A DNA stretch of 64,000 nucleotides, from the NCBI GenBank assembly GCA_047495785.1, contig JBLDXI010000001.1, positions 3,100,001-3,164,000 on the forward strand. Direction: 5' to 3'. Source of the DNA: Lepidodermella squamata. Lineage: Eukaryota; Animalia; Gastrotricha. Below, piece after piece: positions 11,801 through 24,405 of the stretch. Each line of letters begins with the position of its first letter. The stretch's first letter is position 1. The translations under genes and the position numbers were made by a program. Under the pieces are notes generated by a model. That model made no database searches and was not told the origin of the DNA. It worked only from the letters and a program-made list of their open reading frames with translations.

Positions 11801-14800
11801 GATTCGACCGAGCGCAGGAGTCATTCATTCAAAAGGTCAAAATTACGAATGGAGTTTTGTGCCGAGTCGTTAAAGAATACACATCTGCCTCGGTAAAATT
11901 TGCTCATTTTTTTGAGAAAAAAACAAAATTTGCTTTCGATTTTTTTAAGGAGGGATTTTCAGTTCGAAGAGGAGAATTTGTTGAAGTCCACCGCGGCAAG
12001 TCACGAGATGGCATGGAACTTGTGTCCAATTATGAAAGTGCTATGGGATACGTGCCGAGTTACATTCTTTCCGAGCCGATTTCCGGAGGGTATGGCGAAA
12101 TTTGAAATATTCTCGAAAATTTCTCAAAATCTCGCATTAATTCCAGAAAAATCGATGTTGTTGATTCTGCCAAATTGATTCAACCTGAACCAGTTAAGGT
12201 TAAGGAGGAGAAGGTTAAAAAGGCTGAAAAGAAAACTGTGAAAAAGCTGAAGAAAAAGTACGTGAATTTTGGGTGTTTTTCCTGGATTTTTAAACCAATT
12301 TCGTTTCTAGGAATAAGTCGCGCGATCGAAGCTCAAGTTCGAGTTCAAGCTCAAGCTCCAGCAGTTCGGATAGCGAAGATGAGAAGGACAAGAAGAGCAA
12401 GAAGAAAAAGGATCGCTCACGATCGAAATCGACCGATAAGTCAGTTCATTTCTTATCCCATTACAACCTTAATTTAAATATTTAAAAAATCAGGAAAAAG
12501 AAGGAAAAATCCAAGAAACGTGACAAATCCAGCGATAAATCGAGCGGGGACGAAAAGAAGCACGCCAAAAAGGAGCACAAGAAGAAAAAAGTACCGCCAG
12601 TTGACTACGACGATTTCCCGTAATTTTTCATTTTTCATTTCTTCCGAAAAATTCGATTTTTTTTTATTAAAAATTAACAGGGCCCGATGCAACCTGCCTG
12701 AACAGACGAAATTTTTGGAGCTGATTCGCCAAACCGGCGGCAGGTTTTGCCACATTCGCGAGCCTTACGAAGCTCAGTTCGGCAACGAACTCAGCGTCTA
12801 CGCCGGCGAGACGGTTCAGATTTTGAACGAAGAACCCGGCCGCGAGGTTAAACTCGTGCGAGTCGCGGACGGCCGGGCTGGCTATGTCCCGAATAAAAAT
12901 CTGACCGAGCCGATCGGAGGGGCTGCGAATAGCGAGCAGTTGATTTCGCCCTTCTCAGGCGCTGGTAACCTAATGGCAGCGCCGCCTAGAATGCCGCTAG
13001 TGACTAATGGCTACCAATCAGTGCCGACTGGCTACAACCGGCCTCAGGTCCGGCCGCCGATCCCGTTTGGCTCCGGAACTGTTCGGGGCGTCCCGGCTGA
13101 ATTGCGGTACGCGCAACGCCAGCCAGCTGCGATGGACCCGAATTTTCTGGAAACTGTAGCAAGCCGAGGCCGACGGGCGGCGCCGGTTGTCGAGGATTAT
13201 GGAGGTTATGGTCCTAATGTAAGTTATTACTACAGCTACTACTAGAGACGGTAGACAGAAAATTCCACGGACTTTTATGCATTGTGAATTTCGAGTAATG
13301 AAATCGTTATCTATAATGACACGCTTGCTCGAATAATTCTCTCATGAGATTGCTATTTATGATGCTGATTTAAAAATAAAATTGAATAAAGAAAGGCGTG
13401 GAGTTCTCATTGGTCAAAGTAATAAATTAATTTCGATTTTTTTTTACAAAAAAATAATTTTGAAATTTTAATTTTGAAATTCAGGAACTCTCGGTTTTCG
13501 CTGGCGAGGCGGTTGAAATTTTCAGCGAGGAGGGTGATCGCGTTTTTGTGGCCACCCAAGCCGGAGATATGGGCTACATCCCACGGAGCATCCTAGGAGA
13601 GCCTATAGCCACCCAGCTTAAAGAAAGGCAAGTTAAAATCCTGCAAAATGCTTTGCCATTAATTTTAGTTTTTTTCGCAGAAATAATGAATCGAGGGAAA
13701 ATATTGGTGTGGATTTGCGTTCGGACATTGCTCAGGAGGCGAATCGGCGAAATGCTAGGCGCCAGCAGCGCCAGGCGTCCCCGCCACGCCGCGCCCCATC
13801 ACCCGAACCCCGCCGCGCGCCTGCTCGCGAAATATCGGAAGACGAGGAAGCGGCGCCGAGACCGCGAGTTCGCTCACCCCGCCGGCAGGTCGACGAAGTC
13901 GAGAAAGACTACAAAACTGATCCGTAAGTGAAATCAATTTTTAATCATTTTTTTTAGTTTATTAGTCAATTTTTTTCTAGGTTACGCTTGGCTCCGGAAA
14001 CTCAAACTTCTTTCTACCGCGATATTTTACACAACGGATCAAGGTATGGAGCGTCAAGATTATACTTGATGAATGATGAATGCTGACTCGGTCTTAAGTC
14101 GGCGCAACCTAATTTTAACTAATTAATTACTTGATAATTCCTTAAAATTAAAAAATTTAAAATTAATTAATTAACACATTTCAATCATAAATAAATTAGT
14201 TTCGGGGATTATTTCGGTCCGCGAAAAAATTTTCAAATTCAAATTTTGATTGATTCTTAATTTTCTGAGCGTGGGAAAAAATCAATTTTGAAAGCCTTTC
14301 TGATTTTTTAATTTTTCAATTTTTATTTCTTTTAGAGCGTGTGAGGTCGTTCAATTCCGAGAAGCCGAGGAAATGAAAGAATTGACAATTTACGAAAAAG
14401 AAATTCTCGAACTCCTGGACGATTCGCGTAAATGGTGGCACGTGCGCAATGCCGACGGCAAAACCGGCTACGCGCCTAATAATTACCTGCGCCTGCTGGA
14501 AAGCCGCGGCAAGAACCCGCGCGCCGCCGCTTCCCTGCTCACGCCAGCCGATGAGCAGCGCATTCAACCGAAACGGCAACAGGCCGTGCAAAACGCGCCC
14601 CCGCCGCGGCCGTTTCCGACTGAATCGCTAACGGCGGAGAGTCACGCAGCTCGGGGCCATCGTGAAGTCCTACCGCCAGATGTGCACCGTGAGTTGACAG
14701 AGAGTTTGCGCTGGAAACGACTGCCGAAGTTTGCGACCTTAGATCAGAAGCATAAGGATCAACAGCGGCGTTATGTTATTTCGGGTGAAAGTACGCCCGA

Positions 14801-15565
14801 GGAGGTCGCCAGCTGGATGCGTCAAAACAACTTCTCGCCTCAGTAAGTCAAGCAAATCATTACGATTAGGGTGCTTCAAAATTCTTTACGTCATTCATCA
14901 GAAATTTTGAAATTTTTGAATTTAAAAAAATTGAAAATTTTATTTGAAATTTTGAAATTTTCAACAAAAGGACTAAAATTGAGGTTCCGGCAATAAATTT
15001 TTCCGATTCTTTGCGATTTCGACTTTTTCTGTACTTGGTCGATACTGATGCCACCTCGCATTTTTGATTAAGCTACTGGTGGAAACATTTTCAAGACTGC
15101 TAATATCGAAAAATCAATGATCTTAAAATCGATAATCGATATAACTTGGAATCAATTTTAAATTATTTTCCAATTTTTTCCGATTTTTCCAGCAATGAAT
15201 TATTTCGATTTTAAAATCGAAGCCAATGGTGGAATCATTTCCTATATTTTCCTATAATTCCTTTTAATTCACGGTGCCGTTTCGCATGTTTGAACATTTT
15301 TCTAAAATTATTTTATTATAGGGCTATTCAAACGTTTGGAACGTTCAGTGGTAGCGAGTTGATGAATCTGTCGCGGGACGAGTTTATCAGCAACCTCGGT
15401 CCTTACGAGGGCCGAATGCTGTCGAACCTGATCGAGGGCCTGCGCATGAAAGCCGGCTACAGGGACCCTCGAATCGGCGCTAAAGCCGAACTCGACGCTG
15501 TTCTAGCCCTGAAATCCGCCCGCCGAGGCCGCGATGGCGAAACAGAATCGGAATATACCAATTAA
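5812..15565 (+). CDS. EPS8: EPS8-family adaptor/actin regulator (multi-exon): PTB - central EPS8 domain - ~10 SH3-type modules - SAM/PNT effector region
   Basis: PTB motifs DVDHLFTT...NILAVTTKD...PEVHIFQ (exons 5812-6021, 6085-6237, 6301-). Central region IFNKTLDEIEFF...FAQIFQKIR...PLFNREDIKFLN...EEWP..IPFYKPVF. Canonical EPS8 SH3 KELTIYEKEILELLDDSRKWWHVRNADGKTGYAPNNYL (~14373-14490). C-terminal STPEEVASWM...FSGSELMNLSRDEF...EG. Many short introns; some micro-exon boundaries are uncertain. Confidence 0.9.
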
Positions 15566-16314
15566 ATACTTGACTTATATTACACGAAATATAGCAATTT
15601 TACCGTAATCTTTATTCTTGGCATTTACAGCTATTCACGCGAAAAATGGATAGAGCACCTTTTGATTTAACATATTAATGTAACTATTATATGAGATCAA
15701 AGTTATTTTATAAATCTTAACGTATGCAAACTTGTATCGCCATGTTATAATCGACTTCTGCCGGCTTATGTGATTTGCTTGTTTCATGTCAAATTTTATT
15801 CGAGTCTATGTGTATGCGGGAAACAATGTGCAAGAAGGTGCTCGCTTGGCTGTACCAACTTTTCAAAAGCGCTGTGCTAAACCTGTAAAATGAGCTAATA
15901 TTTCTTCAAGCAGCTATGAAATAAAAGAATTCTGGAGAAAATCAGATGACTCACATTTCGAATCGCTGATCAATTTCGGCGCTATTTTTTGCGCAAAAAA
16001 TGATCATTCCACATTTTTTCGGCGTCGTAAGTAAACACGACTTTCGTCAAAAATTGTTGCGAAATTAATTTTCACTGGTAGGTGGTATAGGCGAGTTCAT
16101 CTGACGTATTTGTCAATATCCTGATATTTTTCCATCACGACTAGCCGCTGATCGAGGCACGGAAGTACTTCTGTTAACTCGAAATTTGAATAAAATTTTT
16201 TTTATTGTTGCTTCCGTTAACGGCTGAAAAAATATTTAGTTTGAGGGGTGGAGTAAATACAACTTCAGATTCGCAGTATTTTTGCTGATCAAATCGGTCA
16301 TAAAAAAAGGAGGG

Positions 16315-18425
16315 ATGAGGATTCCACGTATGCTTCTCTCGGCAAGTTGGGCCGTGATATTTTCAATCATTTTTGAAGGTATACATTGACAATTTATTAA
16401 AATTGTCTTCGAAGTATTTTGTATTCGATTGCTTTTGTAGCATTAATATTCCTGCGACCAGCGACTGCATGTCAAAGTCTCGGGTTTCCAAACGACACTA
16501 TCGGCGAGCACTTGCAGTATTCAACTTGGTCATCAGAGCCGTCATGGATTTCGGCGAATAATGATAACTGGCCATATGGATTTGCGGGTAAAATTGTGTG
16601 TGCAGATGGCCGGAGTAGTAACGTAGCATATTGTCCAATGTTCGGTGACTGGAATGACACGTCAATATTAGCGTTTGTCTGCTGCGATGGGGGTAAAAAC
16701 TTTTGGACACTTATGAAATCTCATCTTCTAACTTTTTATAATTGAAGTCAACTGTGGGTCGAATGGTCAATGTTGGCGCGGGATCTGCAACTGCACCAAC
16801 AACTGGACTGGCCCGTCTTGCGACATTCGTAATTGAGTGACCATAGATTTAAGAATGAGATTAACCTTTGAATTGAAAGCTCCACCTACAACAGTTGCGA
16901 ATCCATCAAATCCTTCGCCAACTCAAGCTCAGCCAGCACAATCTGATTCACCGCCAGCAATTTCACCAGCATCACCGCCGAGTGAGGTAGTCAGTGGATC
17001 CTTGAATCTAATCAAGAACCCTGCGAACCCAGCGGATGGGATAACGATTCCTTCACTGAATCCAGTTCAAGCAGCTCTGTCAAATTCAATTACTGTTTTA
17101 CCACCAGCTCTGCCGAGCTTAGACGTAGTCAGTGGAGCCTTGAATCTACTCAAGAACCCTGCACAGACTCCGATAAAATCTATCAATCTACAATCGCTCT
17201 TTTCAGCACGTATGAAAATTCCTAATGCACTAATAATTTAAATTAGGTTGATCACTTAGCTGTTCAACCGGGAGTTTCCATGTCGCTCAACGACTTGTTG
17301 GCTCAAGTGATGCCTGTGATCCCAGCTGAGAAACCATCCGCGCCATTTGTAGCCTCTGAACTCGCGAAGGAATGCGCGGAAATAGCCCCGGGAGCTAAGC
17401 CAGCGCCAGAAAATAACGGTAATCCCAACAAAATTCGAGCGCTTCTCCTCGGAAGTCGATTGGACAAAATCAGCGACATGGAGGAGAGTGCTACTCTGTT
17501 GGCAACCTTACTGCTGTCTTGGCAAGTCGACACCTGCAAATTCAAAATGTTTCAGAATAGTAGTGAATATGTATCGGAGCGGCTGTTCGTCGTTTCACCA
17601 AGTGAGGTTTGGGTACCAAAGATGTTGTTCACTTCAAGTACTACTGACGTCTATATGGCTGAGGGTTTCGGTGATGATTTGCTCGGCACCATAGAGAGAC
17701 AGGGCTCGTCAACTAATTCTACTTTATCTTTCTTCTGGACGAGGCAGGGGTTCTTCAAAACAAGCTGCAGTGTCGAGCTGCGAAAATTCCCATTCGATCA
17801 GCAAACTTGTCATTTCATCTTTGCTTTGCAGCGATCAGCTAATCTCGTTGATGTGCAGGATCCCAAGTTCATCTGCGCCCTTGATGAATCGACTGAATGG
17901 TCATTTCCGCAGGAAAGTTGTTCGGTATCGATGAACTACTCACGGGTGAATGGCAACTACCCGGGAAGTGCGGTTGTCAGCTTCAGTTTGAAGGTTAACC
18001 GCCGTTGGAACTTCTACATTGCTAACCTGGTTGCTCCGAGTCTTGTTTTGACCGGATTGGAACTTGGAGCATTCCTCATGCCACCTGAACTCCCTGATCG
18101 TCCAACCTTCGCTGTGACTATTGTCTTGGCTCTAACAGTCGCTCAGGCTGGTGTGCTGCAGGGTGTGCCTAAAACATCGGAAAGCATTCTGTTGAGTGAT
18201 TACATTTTCCAGCTGTCGATGTTGGCTTGCGGATGCACCTTGTACGAATTGCTAGCTTGCTGCTTGGCGAATGGCGCGATGGATGTTAAAACAGGGATGA
18301 GAGTGTTGAAAGTCCGGGGTCTGAAAGTAACCTTCATACGAGCGGTCGATATGCTTGTTTTCCTGGTAGCAGTTATCGGGCTCATCTCAATTCATCTTAA
18401 CGCCTATATCATCATTAAGAGTTGA
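16315..18425 (+). CDS. Cys-loop ligand-gated ion channel subunit A with N-terminal signal peptide, Sushi/CCP-like domain, EGF domain and Pro/Ser/Thr stalk (5 exons)
   Basis: Exons ~16315-16378, 16441-16692, 16748-16828, 16880-17209, 17260-18425, joined by phase-1 GT-AG introns of ~50-62 nt. EGF NCGSNGQCWRGICNCTNNWTGPSC; WVP loop-A motif; Cys-loop CSVELRKFPFDQQTC (C-x13-C); four TM helices. Confidence 0.85.
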
Positions 18426-20441
18426 CAAGTTTATCTAAGCGTACCATAGCTGTTTTGAAAATATTTACCATTTTTGCTATTGAACAAATCTATTCTACAA
18501 ATCTTGATTGATCTACCAATGATGTGTGAATTTATATCGTTATACTGTAAATTATAACAGCTCTCAGCTTGTTTCTTTCAGTCAAATCACAATTGCTGGG
18601 TTGCCGATCAGTTATCGGAAAGCATGAATTTCAAACAACAAACTCGTCATGAAGGAGTTATCCTGTTATTTAAGATTTGGATGCTATTGTGCGTGCTGTA
18701 TTAAAATACAATTTAAATTGAAATTTAAAATTGAAATAAAAGTGAACACAGGGTCGTCACATTTCATAGATGTTATTGTTCCATTCTCATCGAATTAATC
18801 TTCAGCGTTTTTCAGCATTTGATACTTGTTGCTTCGAACGAACTTCCGGGCTACCCGCAACGCCGAGAGAGTTGGTCGCTCCTATTTTGATGCACCGGGT
18901 GTTCGATCGGATTTGTTATCTCATGAGCCACTTTTACCAGTCAGTATGGAAGCTTCGCTTACTAAAATTATGAGACGATATTATATTAGGATATTATTAC
19001 GATATTAGGACGATATTAGGATTATACAAGCATCTATCAGCATGAGACACTGGAAGCCTTTGTTCAACATGGCGATAAGACGGACGTCTAGGCTTGTCAA
19101 GTCCAACTTTTACAGGGTGTGGTCGTGCGTTCGTGAGGGTGCGAGCGGTCCGGCTAGTGGAATCGAACCATCGAACTCCTCTAGGCAGCATCAGCATCTA
19201 CAGCCGCATGATTTCGCGAATCCACGACCGTGATCATGATTTAACAGCTAGCGAGTTTGATCCAGATTTCGAGTGAAAAATTCAGTTTTCTTCCGAAAAT
19301 AACCGTCCATTGGGAACAGGAATCTTGAACTTGTGTTTCGGACGTAAACTCGCTTTCAGCCCTTGAATATATCCATTCCAAGCCTTGCTTCGAGTCTGGA
19401 CAAACGGATTCTTCTAGCCTCAGCAATACAGGGCGGGATATTTCCCGCTTTGTCAACCCGGAAGCGATGGTTGGGTTATGTTGTTAAATATACTCAGCCC
19501 TCGACTGCCCAGCAGCTGCCGACGTCATGATACCCTTCAGGCAGTACCGAACTTTCCCAGTAGGAAATTTTTTTAGGGCTTCAGGCAATCTTCATCTTCG
19601 AGGGCCCCTATACATTTGGTTGCTATAAATGACTAGGTTATACCACCTGAGAGCAGTGTAAGGAATTGGGTTTGATTTGATACCTCGAAGCAAAGCACGG
19701 CTTGTTCAAAGCAAACCATGCTCAAAACAAAACGTCAAAACATTTCCTCAAAACTTGTCAAACCAAAACTTGAAAATTTCCAAATTTCGGAATCTATTTA
19801 GTAAAAATTGCCCCCAAACCCTCTCAAAAATTATCTCTATAGCCTTTTATCTTGAATTTCGCCTGTAAACTTCAAAATTTCGGTTTTCACATTGTTAACA
19901 TGCAGGAATAACATAATAATTTAACTCTTATATGCCAACAGTAAGATATCGTTTGATTGAAGTTTGATTGAAGTTCAGAGTTTATTGAATCATTTTATAG
20001 GTTTTCATGCTTTCTGCATGCACAATATTTGAACAACCCTGCGCTTCGAAACACCGGATGTTTCAAGCGCCGAGAGAGCTGCGTGGCGTATGGCTGTAAA
20101 AAATAAAATCTCGACATGCCAATCGGCTTTTCGAATTCGGCGCTATTTTTCGCGCAACTTAATATTTCGGCGTTATGTGTAAACACGGCATTCGCCAAAA
20201 ATTGTGGCAAAATGAATTTTTATGTTAGTAGGTGGTATAGGCGAGTTGTCTGGCGTATTTTTCAATATCCTGAAATTTTCAATCATGGTTAGCCGCTCAT
20301 CTAGGCACGGACGTACTTCTGTTAGCTTGAAATTAAAAAATCTTTCTTCAGTTATCGACCAAAAAATATTTAATTTTGGCGTGAAGTAAATCAAGCTTCG
20401 AACTTGCGGTATTCTTGTCTATCAAATCTGTCAAAGAAGAT

Positions 20442-22560
20442 ATGACGATGTCACTTATCCTGGCAAGTTGGGCCGTGACATTTTCAATACTTATTGAAGG
20501 TACGTTGAAATTTCTAAAACGCTTTCAAGGTTTTATGTGTTCGATTGCTTTTGCAGCATGTATATTCCTACGATATGCTGCATGCCAGACGTTATGTAAC
20601 GGGATCGGTGTTCCGAACGACACTATTGGCGCGTACTGGCAGTATTCTTATTGGGAGACGGTATCATCATGGACTCCCGCCAGCAATGATCACTGGCCAC
20701 CTAAATACGCAGCCAAAATTGAATGCGCAGATGGTCGAAGCAGCAAGGCGTCGTATTGTGATGAATACGGGATCTGGAATGACTCGTCAATATCAACGTT
20801 TGTCTGCTGCGATGGGGGTAACAAATTTTACAATATACGATCTACTCATATATTAAATTGTTATTGGAGTGAACTGTGGGACGTATGGGAAATGTTGGCG
20901 CGGGATCTGCAAGTGTACCGACAACTGGAGCGGCCCGTCTTGCGACACACGTAATTTAGTAACATATTATTAAAGAATGAGCTTAACCTTCGAATTGAAA
21001 GCTCCGTCTACAACAGTCACGATTGTAACAAATGAGGTAGCGATTCCTTCGCCGACTCCAGCTCAGGTGGCAACTTCAAATTCACCACCAGCAATCTCAC
21101 CACCATCACTACCGATTGAAGTGGTCAGTGAAGCTTTGAATCCAACCACCAGCCCGGCGAATCCAGCGAATGGAGCATCGGTTCCTTCACTGGATCCAGC
21201 CCGGGCGGCGCTGTCAAATGCACTGACGATTATACCAACATCGCTGCCGAGCTTAGATTTAGTCAGTGGAGCTTTGAATCTGACCAAGCGCCCTGCGCAG
21301 GCTCCGATTAAAGCGATCAATCTACAATCACTCTTTGCAGAAGGTTTACAAATTTCCTGATTTTACTTGAAAATTTGAATGATTGCTGATAAATTAGCCG
21401 TAACACCCGAAGTTTCATTGTCGCTAAACGACCTATTGGCTCGGGTGATGCCTGTGATCCCAGCTGAGAAGCCAAACCCGCAATTCGTAGCATCTGAACT
21501 CGCGAGGCAATGCACGGAAATAGCCCCGGGAGCTAAGCCAGCGCCAGAAAATAACGGTAATCCCAACAAAATTCGAGCGCTTCTCCTCGGAAGTCGATTG
21601 GACAAAATCAGTGACATGGAGGAGAGTGCTACTCTGTTGGCAACCTTACTGCTGTCTTGGCAAGTTGACACCTGCAACTTCAAAGTCTTCGAAAACAGCA
21701 GCGATTACGTTTCAGAACGATTGTTCGTCGTTTCCCCGAATGATGTTTGGGTACCGAAGATGTTGTTCACTTCAAGCACAACTGACGTGTATATGGCCGA
21801 GGGCTTCGGCGATGATTTGCTCGGCACCATAGAAAGGCAGAACTCGTCGACCAACTCTACACTATCTTTCTTTTGGACGAGGCAGGGGTTCTTCAAAACA
21901 AGCTGCAGTGTCGAGCTACGAAAATTCCCATTCGATCAGCAAACATGTCATTTCATCTTCGCTTTGCAGCGATCAGCTAATCTCGTTGATATTCAGGATC
22001 CCAAGTTCATCTGCGCCCTTGATGAATCGACTGAATGGTCCATTCCGCAGGAAAGTTGTTCAGTTTCGATGAACTACTCTCGGGTGAATGGCAACTACCC
22101 GGGAAGTGCGGTTGTCAGCTTCAGTTTAAAGGTTAACCGCCGTTGGAACTTCTACATTGCAAATTTGGTGGCACCAAGCCTTCTTTTAACCGGAATGGAA
22201 CTCGGAGCATTCCTCATGCCACCTGAACTCCCTGATCGTCCAACCTTCGCTGTGACTATTGTCTTAGCTCTAACAGTCGCTCAGGCTGGTGTGCTGCAGG
22301 GTGTGCCTAAAACATCGGAAAGCATTCTGTTGAGCGACTACATTTTCCAGCTGTCGATGCTGGCTTGTGGATGCACCTTGTACGAATTGCTAGCTTGCTG
22401 CTTGGCGAATAGCTCGAGCGATGGTAAACCAGCAAGAGTTTTGAAAGTTCGGGGTCTGAAAGTATCATTTATCCGAGCGATCGATATGCTTGTTTTCCTG
22501 GTAGCAGTTATCGGGCTCATCTCAATTCATCTGAATGCCTATAGAATCATTCAGAGTTGA
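20442..22560 (+). CDS. Cys-loop channel subunit B, tandem paralog of A with the same Sushi-like/EGF/stalk architecture
   Basis: Same intron positions as A (e.g. 20500-20556 and ~21344-21397). EGF NCGTYGKCWRGICKCTDNWSGPSC. Channel domain nearly identical to A. About 300 bp of upstream sequence (~20130-20400) is also duplicated from ~15960-16270. Confidence 0.85.
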
Positions 22561-22934
22561 CAAGTTCATATATAATTTCAGCATGCAGTATCGATTTTTT
22601 ACAGCTGATTTAGAGAATGCTATAATTACAATTTTTCATTGTCATATTCCACAAATGGCATTCTAAAATAATGTGCCAATTTGTTTCGTGAAACCTTCTT
22701 CCGATCTGATCCTACTTTTTTCAGATAAATCACGATTTTCTATTGTGCGCTATCGGTTATCGCAGCATGGTAAACATTCTAAAATTATGGAAATAAACTA
22801 GACGGGCCCCTTGAGCACATATTAAAATGTCGATAAATAAGCATATGCTGTTTGCCCTCTTTCTGATATCAAATATTGAATTCGAAGAGATATTAAGGGT
22901 TTTACCGTAGATTTCACATGTGAGTGATATCGAA

Positions 22935-24107
22935 ATGAACTTCCTCTTTGCTTTATTTCTGGAAAATGTTCTTGTGTGGCGTATTCTCTATTCGACATCT
23001 TTTGAATTCCAGCCGCCCAATTTTAGAAGCCTCGAGCTTATCCACTATTGCCCGAACGTTTCCTTCGAATCTTACACTCCATTATGCGTATCCAGTAACT
23101 TCTCAACAGACTCATGTCCGAAAGTAGAATTCATGGCCTCGCTACTTGCAGATCAATTGGAGCAAGTCAGTGATGCTGATGATTCAATGACACTAACAGG
23201 AGCTTTTTTCATTGAATGGGTAGTGAACTGTGCCAATTACACGCCATCCAAGCCCAATGCAATGTTTATCGGCGATAAGGACATCATTTGGACACCATTC
23301 ATACTGCATCTGAATTCAAAAGCCCCATTTGGCATCGAAATTGGATTTCAAAGACGCGTAACTGTTCGAACTGAGAATAACGGCAACCTGAGATTTCAAC
23401 TGCGAATATCTGGCGCGTTTATCACGGCTTGTGACATGGATTATGGGAAGTTTCCCTACGACACAGCTTACTGCAATTTCATATTCTCCATTCAAACTAC
23501 TTCTCGAATGGCACGAGTTTGGTTTAGGACAGACATGCAACAGTGGGCCGAAAACTGGGGTAATGATTGGCAACTAAAAGCGTGGAATGCCACGGTTGAG
23601 CGAGCAGCCTTCGCTTATTGGACCGCCGCTAAATTTGAACTAATCGTAGCGAGAAATCCGACTTATTTTGTGCTAAACGTCGCTTTGCCAATCGTTTTCC
23701 TAACTTGCCTCCAATTAGCTGGATTTTTGTTGAACCCTCGTGATGGAAACAGAACTGCATACATGGTCATGATTCTGTTGGCCTTAACTGTAGCCCAAAT
23801 GGACATTCTAAATCGGGTGCCTGCGAAGCCTACAACAACGATGCTTACGGACTACAACATGTCTTGTAATTTCTTATCAGCTGCTTGTTTGATCTATGCT
23901 ATGGCTATATCGGGTCTTAGTGAGTCTTACAAACATTGGTTCTGCTCTGAACTTAAATTGATAGGTGGAATCGGCTTCGTTATAACTCGAATCAGGCTGA
24001 TTGATGCTGCTGTTTTCATCATCGCCCTGACATCTTTGATTGGTATAACTGTGAACTTTTTCTGCTTCATGGAATCAGAAAAACTTTCGTGGCACAAATA
24101 TTGTTAG
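22935..24107 (+). CDS. Divergent Cys-loop channel subunit D, apparently single exon, no N-terminal extension
   Basis: Hydrophobic N-terminus; IWTP loop A; Cys-loop CDMDYGKFPYDTAYC; RNPTYFVLN pre-M1; M2 NRTAYMVMILLALTV; four TM helices; AATAAA at ~24173. Confidence 0.85.
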   Translation: MNFLFALFLENVLVWRILYSTSFEFQPPNFRSLELIHYCPNVSFESYTPLCVSSNFSTDSCPKVEFMASLLADQLEQVSDADDSMTLTGAFFIEWVVNCANYTPSKPNAMFIGDKDIIWTPFILHLNSKAPFGIEIGFQRRVTVRTENNGNLRFQLRISGAFITACDMDYGKFPYDTAYCNFIFSIQTTSRMARVWFRTDMQQWAENWGNDWQLKAWNATVERAAFAYWTAAKFELIVARNPTYFVLNVALPIVFLTCLQLAGFLLNPRDGNRTAYMVMILLALTVAQMDILNRVPAKPTTTMLTDYNMSCNFLSAACLIYAMAISGLSESYKHWFCSELKLIGGIGFVITRIRLIDAAVFIIALTSLIGITVNFFCFMESEKLSWHKYC

Positions 24108-24405
24108 ATTTATTTAATTATAGCAAAGCAAAGCCTGCTAGAAAGCTTTGGGATAATTATGTTAGATTACTAAATAAAAGACTCAATTCTTTTGTCGACC
24201 TCTTTCTTTCACCAGCCCGTTCTGGCTGTTTATTTTTAGCACACATAAATATTTGAGAAGAGAAGAAACATTAGATTGTATTTTAACGAAGTCTTTGCCT
24301 TGAAGACCGATGCCTTCAAACAAATATTTGATTTACATGATGGCATAAGGAAACTCGAGGGGAACTTGAAAAACACATTAAAAATCGCTCATCTTCCAAC
24401 AGAAA

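Noticed and set aside
18975-19025. GATATTA-type micro-repeats, also TCTATTGA at 48753-48787 and (GA)n at 43038-43059
   Set aside because: Simple slippage repeats with no further structure.
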